In this document: positions 39,297 through 49,410 of the stretch, piece after piece
Position numbering within the stretch: the first letter of the stretch is position 1
Layout: each line of letters starts with the position of its first letter
Origin: an uncultured delta proteobacterium
GTDB lineage: Bacteria > Desulfobacterota > Desulfobacteria > Desulfobacterales > JAFDCJ01
Length of the DNA stretch: 64,000 nt
Assembly (NCBI GenBank): GCA_963769935.1
Contig: CAVYNY010000011.1
Span: 320,001 to 384,000 of the forward strand
Direction: 5' to 3'
The notes under the pieces: model-generated
The model's database searches: none
Seen by the model: only the letters and a program-made list of their open reading frames with translations
What the model was told of the DNA's origin: nothing
Translations under genes and position numbers: made by a program

Positions 39297-40553
39297 TTGC
39301 CGCCTGAATACCGCAAATCCATTATTAAAGTGATTTTAAGCCGCCGTATGTTGGTGGCTTTTATGATGGGGTTTTCCGCCGGTCTTCCCCTTCTTTTGAC
39401 CATGGGGGTGCTGCAGGCCTGGATGAAAGAAAAAGGCGTTGATCTGACCTGGATCGGCATGATCGCCCTGGTTCAGCTTCCCTATACCTGGAAATTTATC
39501 TGGGCGCCGGTGCTGGACCGGTTTACCCTGCCTTTCTTGGGACGACGCCGGGGATGGCTGCTGGTGGCGCAACTGGCATTGATCGGCGCCATCGTACTGC
39601 TGGGATATTCCGACCCGGTAGAAAATGTGCCCATGATGGTTGCGGCCGCCATCCTGGTGGCTTTTTTCAGCGCTAGCCAGGATATCGTCATTGATGCCTA
39701 TCGCCGGGAAGATCTGGCGGATGAAGAATTGGGACTGGGTTCGTCCATGTATATTTACGGCTATCGCCTGGGAATGCTGCTGGCCGGCGGCGGCGGCATG
39801 ATCCTGGCGGATCGCATGGCATTTGCCAGCGTATATCTGATCATGGCCGCCTGCATGCTGCCGGGGGTTCTCACTACGCTGTTGACGCCGGAACCCGATA
39901 TAAGTACCGGCCCACCCCGGACCATGAAAGAGGCGATCGTCAATCCGCTGGTTGAGTATTTCAGCCGCCATAATGCGGTCTGGATACTTGTATTTATATT
40001 GCTTTATAAAATCGGCGACACCATGGCGGGTGCCATTACCACCCCTTTTTATCTGGACATTGGCTTTACTAAAACCGACATCGGCGCCGTTGTTAAAGTA
40101 TTCGGCACCGGTGCCACCCTGGCTGGAGCTTTTTTGGGCGGTATCATCCTGCTGAAGGTTGGAATAAACCGCAGTCTTTGGATCTTTGGTGTTCTGCAGG
40201 CCTTGTCGACGGCCTGCTTTGCCATCCTGGCGCAAATCGGTTTCAGCATCCCGGCTTTGTCCGGTGTGATTGCATTTGAGAACTTGAGCAGCGGTATGGG
40301 GACCGCGGCCTTCGTAGCCTTTATGGCCAGCATCACCAACAAAAAATTTACCGCCACCCAGTATGCCTTGCTGACCAGTCTCATCGGGATACCCAGGGCG
40401 CTGGCATCCGCCGTGACCGGTTTAATGGTCAAGCACCTCGGGTGGGTAAACTTTTTTATCTTCTGTGCTCTGGTGGCAATTCCCGGCATGCTGCTGTTGT
40501 TCAAATTTGCACCCTGGAATTCCAGGGCTGTAATTGATGGCGAAACATTATAG
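39297..40553 (+). CDS. ampG: AmpG family muropeptide MFS transporter
   Basis: GFSAGLP, KFIWAP.LD, GRRRGW, SASQDIVIDAYR and ATQYALL motifs. Confidence 0.92.
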   Translation: MPPEYRKSIIKVILSRRMLVAFMMGFSAGLPLLLTMGVLQAWMKEKGVDLTWIGMIALVQLPYTWKFIWAPVLDRFTLPFLGRRRGWLLVAQLALIGAIVLLGYSDPVENVPMMVAAAILVAFFSASQDIVIDAYRREDLADEELGLGSSMYIYGYRLGMLLAGGGGMILADRMAFASVYLIMAACMLPGVLTTLLTPEPDISTGPPRTMKEAIVNPLVEYFSRHNAVWILVFILLYKIGDTMAGAITTPFYLDIGFTKTDIGAVVKVFGTGATLAGAFLGGIILLKVGINRSLWIFGVLQALSTACFAILAQIGFSIPALSGVIAFENLSSGMGTAAFVAFMASITNKKFTATQYALLTSLIGIPRALASAVTGLMVKHLGWVNFFIFCALVAIPGMLLLFKFAPWNSRAVIDGETL

Positions 40554-40574
40554 GAATTAGGACACGGATCAACA

Positions 40575-42323
40575 ATGACCGATAATAAACCGGATAAAAA
40601 GGCCATAGCGCGCTTTTACTCGCTGCAGGAAAAACGGCGGCAACTCATGGCGTTGGATTCCAAAGAAGCCATGGTGCGGATTTTAGAGGATCCACAGCCG
40701 GTGGCCCTGGTGCATTCATTTCCCGAACAGGATTTCTATTTTTTAGTTCACGACATCGGACCTGACGATGCGCTGCCACTGTTGTCCCTGGCATCCAACC
40801 GGCAGTGGGATCATCTGGTCGATCTGGATGCCTGGCAGAGGGATCAAATTGATATCCGGGCTGTGTCGCGCTGGTTGGATCTGCTGCTCGAGGCCGATCC
40901 CAAACGTTTCATAAGCTGGTTTCTGAATGAAAAACTGGAATTTGTCGAATTCTATCTGTCCAAAAACATCGAAGTCCGGGTAAGAGAGCACGACCAGGAT
41001 CCGTCCGAGTTCGGTGAGGATTTTTTTTCGCTGGACAATACCTATTTCATACGATTTATCGATCAGCCGACGGATGGCGGACAAAATGAGGTCACCGAGG
41101 AACAGCGGAAAAAGTTTATTGTCAAATTGGCAGAGAACCTGTCGGAATTGGATTTCCGTATGTTCCAGGGAGTTCTGCAGGAAGCCGCTCACGTAATTCC
41201 GGCTGAATCGGAGGAAGAATGCTACCGCATGCGCAACGTGCGCCTGGCTGAAAAAGGCTTTTTACCGTTCGATGAGGCCGTCGGTATTTACCAGCCCGTC
41301 AAACCGCAGGATCTTACCAAGCAAAGTGCTAAATTTTTGCCGCCGGCGTCGGACCCGTCGTCCCTGTATCCCGTACCGCTATACCCCATCCGGATGCTTG
41401 CGGAAGACAATCACTTTACCCGCGCCCTGACTGCAATTGAACCGGAAAATGTGTTGGCCCATATCCAGGCTGAATTTGCCAATTTGTGCAACCGGATTAT
41501 CGTGGCCGATCATAAAACCATCCAGGAGCGGGATCAATTGCGGGACATCGTCAAAAAGGCCTGTGGCTATCTCAGCATCGGCCTGGAGCGCCTGTCCGGG
41601 AACAGACAAAAACTTGATCCCGGCCGCAACGCCGCCTTGATTGCCCGGCATCCGCTGCAGGAAATTTTCAGGGTGGGATTCGGCGCAGCACTGAAACTGA
41701 AATGGCGCGCCGAGAAATGGCTCGATCACTGCTGGTTTGCAGGCAACGGACTGCGGCTGACTTTCTGGGGCGAGCACTGGCTGGGGGTGCTGGGCGGATT
41801 GTTGATCAAAAAGCCGCTTTTCTATGACAACTACAAAACCGGGGTGCTTTATCGGGAGTTTGCTTCCCTGGAGGAAATCGACTCAACCGAAGAAATTTTC
41901 AATCAGATCCAGGCAGTTGATGATCTGCTGTCTTTGATGACGATCGACATCGATCGTCCGGCGTCCCATGGATTCCTGACTTACAAAAACCTGATCCTTA
42001 CCCTGTGGTCCGCGTACTATCTCAAATTGCCGGCGCACAAACCAAAGCCTGTGAAATTAAAAAAATTCCTGCCGTTTTTTAAAGAACTGCTGCCCGGCGA
42101 AGCGACACCCGGCGCCGATAAACCGCGCACTATCCCGCAGGCGCTGAAAGACCACTTTTTGAAGTGGCTGGCAGCCGACACCGGCCTCAAGGACTTCGAA
42201 TTATCCCGGCGGCTCGGTCAAACCCTGGAAAATCTTTTTGAAGAGATCGAGGTCGAATTGGGCCGGGTCCGCGCCGAAGATCTTGATCCGAAATATGTGC
42301 AGTTGTTTTTGCTTGAGAAATAA
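40575..42323 (+). CDS. DUF6178-like hypothetical protein
   Basis: 582 aa ORF with ALVHS...QDFY, EEE.YR.R..RLAEKGF and YLSIGLE motifs. Confidence 0.65.
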   Translation: MTDNKPDKKAIARFYSLQEKRRQLMALDSKEAMVRILEDPQPVALVHSFPEQDFYFLVHDIGPDDALPLLSLASNRQWDHLVDLDAWQRDQIDIRAVSRWLDLLLEADPKRFISWFLNEKLEFVEFYLSKNIEVRVREHDQDPSEFGEDFFSLDNTYFIRFIDQPTDGGQNEVTEEQRKKFIVKLAENLSELDFRMFQGVLQEAAHVIPAESEEECYRMRNVRLAEKGFLPFDEAVGIYQPVKPQDLTKQSAKFLPPASDPSSLYPVPLYPIRMLAEDNHFTRALTAIEPENVLAHIQAEFANLCNRIIVADHKTIQERDQLRDIVKKACGYLSIGLERLSGNRQKLDPGRNAALIARHPLQEIFRVGFGAALKLKWRAEKWLDHCWFAGNGLRLTFWGEHWLGVLGGLLIKKPLFYDNYKTGVLYREFASLEEIDSTEEIFNQIQAVDDLLSLMTIDIDRPASHGFLTYKNLILTLWSAYYLKLPAHKPKPVKLKKFLPFFKELLPGEATPGADKPRTIPQALKDHFLKWLAADTGLKDFELSRRLGQTLENLFEEIEVELGRVRAEDLDPKYVQLFLLEK

Positions 42324-42338
42324 AGTCTTAAATTTTGA

Positions 42339-42557
42339 GGAATGGATTCTTATTTAAAAGAAAATAATTGGACAGGATCAACAGGATCGTTAGGATAAGG
42401 CGGTCTTCGGCCGAAAGGACCCTCGCCGCAGGCGAAAAATTTCCTGATAATCCTGCGTGCCAGGGCGAAGCTTCTGCGAAGACTGGCGTGCCAGGGCGAA
42501 GCTTCTGCGAAGACTGGTTGATCCTGTCTAAATAAAAATAAAAATCGAATCCATTCC
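42339..42557. mobile_element. MITE-like element, family 1, second copy, with a nested 31-bp tandem duplication (42456-42517)
   Basis: 11-bp TIR GGAATGGATTC; CGTGCCAGGGCGAAGCTTCTGCGAAGACTGG x2. Confidence 0.75.
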
Positions 42558-42583
42558 GCATCCCTCCAGAAATTTCCCACGAG

Positions 42584-44137
42584 TTATTTTGTCCAAACTT
42601 TCACAGATGGAAACAGGGACATATCCGTATGCGGTATAAATCTGGCGGCACTGAAGCGGTTCATGAACTCCTGATTGACGTTGAGCTCCAGGTAGGTGAC
42701 CCGGTCCCGGATCCGGTCGATTTCTGCCAGGCTGCCCGCCGATGTCAGCGCCAGGGCGGCACCGCCCAGAGAGCTGTTGCCGACCGGTTTGTAGCAATCC
42801 AAAGGCAAATCCGGCACCATGCCGATGGTGATGGCCGATCGCGGATCAATGAAGGCACCGAAAGTTCCCGCCATATAAAAATCGGTCAAATCTCTCAGCT
42901 GAATTCCAACCGACAGGGTAATGGTCTCCAAAATTGTGTACATGGCGGCTTTGGACCGGATCAGGCTGTCGAGATCCGCCTGGCTGACCGTTAGATCGGA
43001 ACCGACGGCGGATTGTGCGGCCGGCACCACCACCAGATGATTTAACCCATCAATTTGCTTCAGCCGGTTGCCGCAATGCGCCGGGATCAATTTGCCGCGG
43101 ATATCAATCATACCGGCCAGGAAAAGTTGGGCCGCCAGATCGATAACCCCGGAGCCGCATATACCCCGGGGCGGTTTCCCTTCAATGGTGTGCAGATTAA
43201 ACTCGCGGCTTTGCGGGTCGATCGCTATTTTATCAATAACTCCGGGTCCTGCCATCATTCCCATTTTCGTCACCCCGCCTTCCAGGGCCGGCCCGGCCGC
43301 TCCGGCACAGGCGATCAGCCAGCTTTGATTGCCGACCACCACTTCGGCGTTGGTTCCCACGTCAACTAAAAGGGCCGTGTCCGATGCGGTACAAAGTCCC
43401 GTGTAGAGAATACCGGCAATAAGATCACCGCCGAAATAACTGCCGATGTTCGGGAATATCAGCATTTCGGCCGCAGGATTGACCTGCAGGCCGAGCTCAG
43501 CGGCTTTTAAAATTTCGGGTTTGTTGACCACCGGGATATACGGTTCGCGAATAATCCAGCGCGGATTGATCCCTAGAAACAAATGGGTCATCGCCGTATT
43601 GCCGGCCACGGCCAGGGCATAGATGTCTGTCGGCTCAATCCGGCTCGATCGGCACACAGTATCGATGGCGTGGTTCAGACTGCCGATGATGAGCTCATTC
43701 AGTCCAGCCAGCCCGCCGGCGGATTCCGTAAAATGAATGCGGGTGAGGATGTCCGGGCCGACGGTTAACTGGGGATTGTCAAAACCGGACTCGGCCAGGA
43801 TGTGACCGTCGGCCAGATCCAGCAGCCGCAGCATGACCCGTGATGTTCCAAGATCAACCGCCAGGCCGGCGACCGGCCGTAAGTCGTCGGCAGCTCTGAT
43901 GTCAAGCACGGACCAGTGCCGGCGGTTTCTAAACAATATGCATTGGATGTTAAAATCATACTTTCGCAATAAATCCGGGAGTTTTTTTAACACCTTCAGG
44001 TCGATATAAACGGCATCATCGGTTTGAAGGACAGCTTTGAGCGTCGAGACAAGCCGGTCGGCGTCGGCAATGTTGTTCTGCAAAGAAGGCGGGGGTAAAG
44101 AAACCGTGAGCAGCCATGGAGTTTTTGTAATGTGCAT
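42584..44137 (-). CDS. ASKHA-domain reductive activator of corrinoid proteins (RACo/DUF4445), lacking the N-terminal 2Fe-2S domain
   Basis: AVDLGTS, AGNTAMTH, DVGTNAE, AAGPALEG, GICGSG and AGTFG motifs. Confidence 0.88.
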   Translation of the reverse strand: MHITKTPWLLTVSLPPPSLQNNIADADRLVSTLKAVLQTDDAVYIDLKVLKKLPDLLRKYDFNIQCILFRNRRHWSVLDIRAADDLRPVAGLAVDLGTSRVMLRLLDLADGHILAESGFDNPQLTVGPDILTRIHFTESAGGLAGLNELIIGSLNHAIDTVCRSSRIEPTDIYALAVAGNTAMTHLFLGINPRWIIREPYIPVVNKPEILKAAELGLQVNPAAEMLIFPNIGSYFGGDLIAGILYTGLCTASDTALLVDVGTNAEVVVGNQSWLIACAGAAGPALEGGVTKMGMMAGPGVIDKIAIDPQSREFNLHTIEGKPPRGICGSGVIDLAAQLFLAGMIDIRGKLIPAHCGNRLKQIDGLNHLVVVPAAQSAVGSDLTVSQADLDSLIRSKAAMYTILETITLSVGIQLRDLTDFYMAGTFGAFIDPRSAITIGMVPDLPLDCYKPVGNSSLGGAALALTSAGSLAEIDRIRDRVTYLELNVNQEFMNRFSAARFIPHTDMSLFPSVKVWTK

Positions 44138-44153
44138 GCTTTATAAAAAACGA

Positions 44154-44238
44154 GTTGGCCGGTTGGCCCGTTTGCCGGTTAGCCGGTTTACCGAAACCGT
44201 TCCCCGGGTCAACGGGCTAACGGGCAAACCGGCTCAAC
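44154..44238. repeat. Gene-less inverted GTTGGCCC-type repeat element
   Basis: GTTGGCCG-GTTGGCCC-GTTTGCCG-GTTAGCCG ... CAACGGGCTAACGGGCAAACCGGCTCAAC. Confidence 0.8.
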
Positions 44239-44983
44239 TTCTCAATTTATCCATCTCCGCTATTATCCGATTCATGACTTCGCCGGCTTCACCCATGATC
44301 AGATAGTCGCTGATTTCGCCGGTCAGCGGTGTTCTCTGCGGATTGATTTCCACAACTTTGGCACCGGTTTGCTTGGCGTAGACCGGCATCAGGCTTGCCG
44401 GTTGAACGATGGCGGATGTCCCGATCACCAGCATCAGGTCACAATCGGAAGCGGCCTGCCTGGAGCGCCACATGGCGTCCGTGGAAATCATTTCACCGAA
44501 AAAGACGGCATCCGGACGCAAAATACCGCCGCAGGTGCAAAGGGGGGGAATCACGCTGACGTCCACTTTACGGGATTCATATTTTTGACCGCAATTCATG
44601 CAGCGCTGCCAGGCAAAGTTTCCGTGAAACTCAATCACATCGGTGCTGCCCGCGGCCTGGTGGAGTCCGTCGACATTCTGAGTGATGACGGTTTTTAATT
44701 TTCCCATTTCTTCCAGTTTTACCAGTCCCTTGTGGCCGTCATTGGGCAGGGCGGAATCCACGATGGCCTTCATTTCCTTGACAAGGACGTTCCAGACTTT
44801 GGCCGGATTCCGCATAAAGGCGTCGATATGGGCAATCTCCATGGGGTCGAACCGCTCCCACAGCCCCCCTTTCCCTCGAAAAGGCGGAATTCCGCTCTCA
44901 ATAGAGATCCCGGCACCGGTCAGCGCAACCACATACTTGGCGGACGCCAGATCCTCAGCGGCTTTTTTTATGAGTTTATCCAT
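44234..44983 (-). CDS. cobB: NAD-dependent protein deacylase (sirtuin)
   Basis: TGAGIS..SGIP.FRG, TQNVDGLH, HG and Zn-binding Cys pairs. Confidence 0.93.
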   Translation of the reverse strand: MDKLIKKAAEDLASAKYVVALTGAGISIESGIPPFRGKGGLWERFDPMEIAHIDAFMRNPAKVWNVLVKEMKAIVDSALPNDGHKGLVKLEEMGKLKTVITQNVDGLHQAAGSTDVIEFHGNFAWQRCMNCGQKYESRKVDVSVIPPLCTCGGILRPDAVFFGEMISTDAMWRSRQAASDCDLMLVIGTSAIVQPASLMPVYAKQTGAKVVEINPQRTPLTGEISDYLIMGEAGEVMNRIIAEMDKLRS

Positions 44984-44992
44984 GGATACATT

Positions 44993-45044
44993 ACACCTGA
45001 AACCCATAACCCGCACCGTGCAACCCGTACCCCGCAACCCGTTA
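44993..45044. repeat. 7-mer array CAACCCG type, reverse complement of the 15070 array
   Basis: ACACCTGAAACCCATAACCCGCACCGTGCAACCCGTACCCCGCAACCCG. Confidence 0.65.
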
Positions 45045-45881
45045 CAGTTCAAACTCCATCTCACCGCTCACGCCGACACATTCCAGGTTGAGACTCCGGC
45101 CATCGATCCAATCCCGGCATTCTTTGACTATCTTATCCATCTCTTCGTCGGTGCGTTCCTGGTTTAGATGAAACAATCCCAGTTTTTTTACGGCAGCCTT
45201 AACGGCCAGATCAAGGGCATCGGTGTAGACGGAGTGCCCCCAGTCCATGTAGAATTTATATTCTTCGGGGGTGTATTCGGCATCATGGATAAGAAGATCC
45301 ACACCATCGGCAAATTTCAGATAATCGTTAAAGGCAAGACCGCCGGGGTGAATATATCCCAGTTCATTGTCGGTTAAAAAAACAAATTTTTTCCCGTCTT
45401 CAATAAATTTATATCCGCTGCCGCCGTTGGGATGGCTGATCGCAATGGGAACAACGGTGACCGAACCGATTTCAAACTCCATTGGACATGCATCCAGATA
45501 AGATATTTGAGCGGTAATATCCGAATATTTAATCGGGAAGTTCGGGGGAGCCATTATTTTGGACAAAATGGTTTCAACGAATTTACTGTGGAAGGGGCAG
45601 CGGTGCATGTGAATGGTGAATTCCTCAAAATAAAGCGGTTTGAAGAATGGAAACCCCATCAAATGGTCCCAGTGGGCATGGGTGAAAATAAAATTGATAT
45701 CGCAGCATTTTTCCCTGGCCAGTTTATTGCCGAGTCTTCGAATCCCGGTTCCGGCGTCAATGACAATGGTTTCACCGCTTTTTGTCAGAATTTCCACACA
45801 GGTCGTGTCACCGCCGTACTTTAAATATTCCTTTCCTGAAACCGGGATGGATCCTCTTGAGCCCCAGATTTTGATGTTCAT
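45042..45881 (-). CDS. MBL-fold metallo-hydrolase
   Basis: WGSRGSIP, DAGTG and THAHWDH motifs. Confidence 0.92.
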   Translation of the reverse strand: MNIKIWGSRGSIPVSGKEYLKYGGDTTCVEILTKSGETIVIDAGTGIRRLGNKLAREKCCDINFIFTHAHWDHLMGFPFFKPLYFEEFTIHMHRCPFHSKFVETILSKIMAPPNFPIKYSDITAQISYLDACPMEFEIGSVTVVPIAISHPNGGSGYKFIEDGKKFVFLTDNELGYIHPGGLAFNDYLKFADGVDLLIHDAEYTPEEYKFYMDWGHSVYTDALDLAVKAAVKKLGLFHLNQERTDEEMDKIVKECRDWIDGRSLNLECVGVSGEMEFEL

Positions 45882-45986
45882 GCTTACCCTTTTAAATCTC
45901 TATAGGCGGATAGTCAGGCTGCGCTTCAGTAGTTTATAGAAAAAACAAATCACGGATTTATCGCAACTTACGGGTTTTGGATTGTT

Positions 45987-46465
45987 CTAAGATCCCTTTT
46001 GCTCCGTCTTTCCATAAAACGTATGCCAGATGCCCTCCTGAGACCATTGCCTGAGGATTTTAACCGGCTGGCGGGCCAGCCGGTCGACTACATCTTTCGC
46101 CTCGCTGCGCATAAGGCCGGAAAGAATAAAGTGCTTTTTGGCCAGAAAACCACTGGAATTTATCAGATGCTGCATTACATCGTAGTGATGCGAAAATTTC
46201 CGTGTTCGAAAGTGTTGAATACTTCGCCCAGCCACTGATGGTATGTCATGTGATAGGTATCGACATAGTGTAATTGCGGCCGGCGCTGCAAAAGACTTTC
46301 GATTTGCCGGTCGGCCGCACTGGAGAAAAACAGAATCGACTCGTTTTCTTCTTCCCAGTTGCCGATAAAGTTTTCCGGTAACATCCGGTTTTCCGGTTTC
46401 AGGCGGCCGGTGAGATAGTAGATATAGAGATCCTCATAGGGACCGCTACCGGCGTTTGGGCGCAT
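45987..46465 (-). pseudogene. PrmA-like methyltransferase with a large internal deletion
   Basis: N-terminal (LYIYY..WEEE..FFS..W.G) and C-terminal (HYDV..LI...ILSGLMRS...W) parts abut out of frame near 46190; SAM core absent. Confidence 0.55.
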
Positions 46466-46477
46466 GCTGAACAGTTT

Positions 46478-47182
46478 TCATTCGTCAATCGTTATTTTTT
46501 TTTCTGCGGACGGCTCATTTTTAGGCAACTGGTCAAGATACCACTCCATAGGATCGAGCAAAGTAAATCCCAAATTCTTCAGTTTCTTCTTCACATGGGC
46601 AATATTCTGGGTCAAAAGATAGGGGAATACGGCGCGTTTATCTTTATCCCAGTATCGGGCTACCAAAACACTGCCGAAGGAGATGTTCTCTTCGGTGATT
46701 GCATCGACAATTCTTTTCAGCTGCCCGATTTTTTCTTCCACCAGAACACACAGCAGGGTGCCGGGCTGCCCGATGCCCAGAACGTTGATGAAGGTCCGCA
46801 GAAGATCGCGCACCGAAATGATCCCTGTAAGCCGGTTGTTGTCATCCACCACCGGCAGGGCACCGATTTTGGAATTCTGGATCATCAGCAAGGCATCCGG
46901 AATTGTATAAGCCGGAGAGATTGAAATGGGATCTTTGGTCATGATATCTTTTACTTTGATCGCGGAGATTTTTTCTTTTTCGCCGGGCGACATATCAAAA
47001 AATCGATAGGGCAGTGCACTTCTGATATCCCTGTCGGTAACGATGCCGATGAGGTGCTGCTCTTGATCGACGATCGGCAGGTGGCGGATATTGTTGTGTG
47101 CCATGAGTTCCTGGGCGTCAAAAATACTTTCTTCCTGATCCACCGTGATGACCTTGCGAGTCATCGATCTGGAGACAAACAT
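46478..47182 (-). CDS. acuB: CBS-pair plus ACT domain protein, AcuB family
   Basis: IRHLPIVD..L.GIVTDRD; second CBS domain; ACT-like C-terminus. Confidence 0.85.
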   Translation of the reverse strand: MFVSRSMTRKVITVDQEESIFDAQELMAHNNIRHLPIVDQEQHLIGIVTDRDIRSALPYRFFDMSPGEKEKISAIKVKDIMTKDPISISPAYTIPDALLMIQNSKIGALPVVDDNNRLTGIISVRDLLRTFINVLGIGQPGTLLCVLVEEKIGQLKRIVDAITEENISFGSVLVARYWDKDKRAVFPYLLTQNIAHVKKKLKNLGFTLLDPMEWYLDQLPKNEPSAEKKITIDE

Positions 47183-47225
47183 ATTACCCCCTCCGTTTTG
47201 GTTGAATAGTTGATTGGTTGACTGG

Positions 47226-48185
47226 TCAACCAAGTTGCGCGTTTAATAGAATTTTTAGGTGATTTGCCGCCAATTCGGGCAGACGCTTCAGCGCATATCC
47301 GCCTTCCAGGATGGAGACAACTCTTCCTTTTGAATATTGCCGGGCCATTGCGACGACATTTTGCATAATCCAGGAGAAGGCCTCAGTTGACAGCTTAATA
47401 TCAGACATCTCATCGTCCACGTGGGCGTCAAATCCGGCCGAAACCAGAATGACTTCCGGTTTGAATGCGTCGAATGCCGGAATCAGGTCTTTTTGAATCA
47501 GTTGTTTGTACTCCGCATCTCCCTGGCCCGGCAGCACCGGTGTGTTTTTTGTGTAACCATACCCGAAATCCCTGCCGTTTTCAAATTCACGGCCGGTTCC
47601 GGGATATGCAAAAGAGGGATGCTCATGGATTGAGTAATAGAATACCGTTGAGTCTCCCTCGAAGATGTGCTGGGTACCGTTGCCGTGATGGACATCGAAA
47701 TCGACGATTCCTACCCGTACGATGCCGTAGCGGTTTTGCAGATAGCGGGCGGCGATGGCCACGTTGTTAAAGTAGCAAAATCCCATGGCTTTGTTCACTT
47801 CGGCATGGTGTCCCGGCGGGCGGACCGCGCAAAAGGCGTTGTCCAATTTTCCTGCCATCAGCCGGTCGACCACATCCAGGATGCCGCCAACCGCCAGTAA
47901 GGCGATTTCATAAGTTTGCGGGCACATCTGATTGTCCGGACTGTCAAACGTGCTCTCCCCGTTCCGGCAGGCTGCTTCAAATCGCTGGACATACGGCCTG
48001 TCGTGAACCAGCTCGATCCATTTCATCTCCGCCGGGCTGGCTTCGATCAGGATGAGATTCGAAAGCAATCCGGCGTCTTTGATGCCCTGATAGATGCGGG
48101 AAAGCCTCTCAGGAACTTCCGGATGGTAGCGGCCGGTCTTGTGCAGCTGATACCTCTCGTCGTGTAAAAATCCTGTTTTGTTCAT
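47226..48185 (-). CDS. Histone deacetylase family protein
   Basis: HPE..ERL, RPPGHHA, DFDVHHGNGTQ, SAGFDAH and LEGGY motifs. Confidence 0.95.
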   Translation of the reverse strand: MNKTGFLHDERYQLHKTGRYHPEVPERLSRIYQGIKDAGLLSNLILIEASPAEMKWIELVHDRPYVQRFEAACRNGESTFDSPDNQMCPQTYEIALLAVGGILDVVDRLMAGKLDNAFCAVRPPGHHAEVNKAMGFCYFNNVAIAARYLQNRYGIVRVGIVDFDVHHGNGTQHIFEGDSTVFYYSIHEHPSFAYPGTGREFENGRDFGYGYTKNTPVLPGQGDAEYKQLIQKDLIPAFDAFKPEVILVSAGFDAHVDDEMSDIKLSTEAFSWIMQNVVAMARQYSKGRVVSILEGGYALKRLPELAANHLKILLNAQLG

Positions 48186-48937
48186 GAGATTGCCAGTATC
48201 TTATCAAATATGCCGAAGGCGGCCTGAACCGACGGGCTGTCTTCGGGCATTTCGATGGTTGGACGACCGTTCAAGTCAAATTCATATATGGTATCGTCTT
48301 CCGGTACGGTACCGGCCAGCTCGAGCCCGCCGGCTTTGACTATCTCAAGCGCCTTTTCAGAAAGCGCGTCTTTTACCTGGTTGATGACCACATAACTTTT
48401 GCCGACGCCGATATTCAGACAGCGGGCAAGATCATCAATTCGCAGAGCGGCCTGCAGGCCGCGTCGGGAGGTATCCGCCACGATCAGGAGTATATCCACA
48501 TTTTTGGTGGTCAAGCGGCTGATGTGTTCCATACCCGCTTCGTTGTCCATGACGATATAGGGATAATTGTTTGCCAGCCGCTCCATAAATCCGACCAGCA
48601 GCGTATTGGCGGCACAGTAGCAGCCGGCACCTTCGGGTTGCCCCATTACCACCAGGTCAAATCCGGGCGCTTCCACCAGGGCTTCTTCCAGCTTCATTTC
48701 CATAAATATATCTTTGGTCATGCTTCCGGGAACGACCCCTTTTTTCATTTCTTCCCGGGCGTTGCCCAGCGTGTCCCTGATTTTCAGGCCGAGGACTTCA
48801 TTTAAGTTCGCATTGCAATCGGCATCGACGGCCAGGACCGGCGTCTTGTTCTTTTTGACTAAATATTTGATCAACAGGCCGGCCAGGGTAGTTTTTCCGC
48901 TTCCCCCCTTGCCGGCCAAGGCAACAGTATAAGGCAT
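48182..48937 (-). CDS. cooC: CooC/AcsF nickel-insertion ATPase
   Basis: GKGGSGKTT, GCYC and DNEAGMEH.SR motifs. Confidence 0.9.
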   Translation of the reverse strand: MPYTVALAGKGGSGKTTLAGLLIKYLVKKNKTPVLAVDADCNANLNEVLGLKIRDTLGNAREEMKKGVVPGSMTKDIFMEMKLEEALVEAPGFDLVVMGQPEGAGCYCAANTLLVGFMERLANNYPYIVMDNEAGMEHISRLTTKNVDILLIVADTSRRGLQAALRIDDLARCLNIGVGKSYVVINQVKDALSEKALEIVKAGGLELAGTVPEDDTIYEFDLNGRPTIEMPEDSPSVQAAFGIFDKILAIS

Positions 48938-49282
48938 GGATGCAATATTCCTTTCTATAAGTGAGCGTTCGAAGGTTTAAGTGTATCAATCCAATTCCGT
49001 TATGTCCAGTGCGGCTGGTCCACGCTTCACAACAATTAAGTCAGTTTAAGTCAACAGTCAAGAAACTTTTGGCGGCAGCAGAAATCTTGCCTGAATTGCC
49101 GGCCGGCTATATCTTTTCTAAACGATCTACAGTTCGGATTTGACATGCAGCGGTTTCAAACCCCTTGCAAAGGCCTGAGCCTTGTGTTAATCCCAACCAG
49201 AATAATTGATGGTTGAATATTGTCGGATCCATATTGGTTGAATTCTGCCGGTTATTATTCCAAATCGGATTCTTTGAGCCTT

Positions 49283-49379
49283 TATTCCACCATCTCATTA
49301 TTTCATAGAGTTTATGACGGCCAAAACCACCCTATTGGGGTAAAGTCAAAGCCTGGACCTTTGGGCCAGGATTCTTTGC
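49283..49379. repeat. Dispersed ~280 bp element, partial copy 3
   Basis: ACCACCCTATTGGGGTAAAGTCAAAGCCTGGACCTTTGGGCCAGGATTCTTT matches the 3' ends of copies 1 and 2. Confidence 0.75.
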
Positions 49380-49410
49380 TTTTCCGAAAAATTATGCTGG
49401 AGGAATAAGT

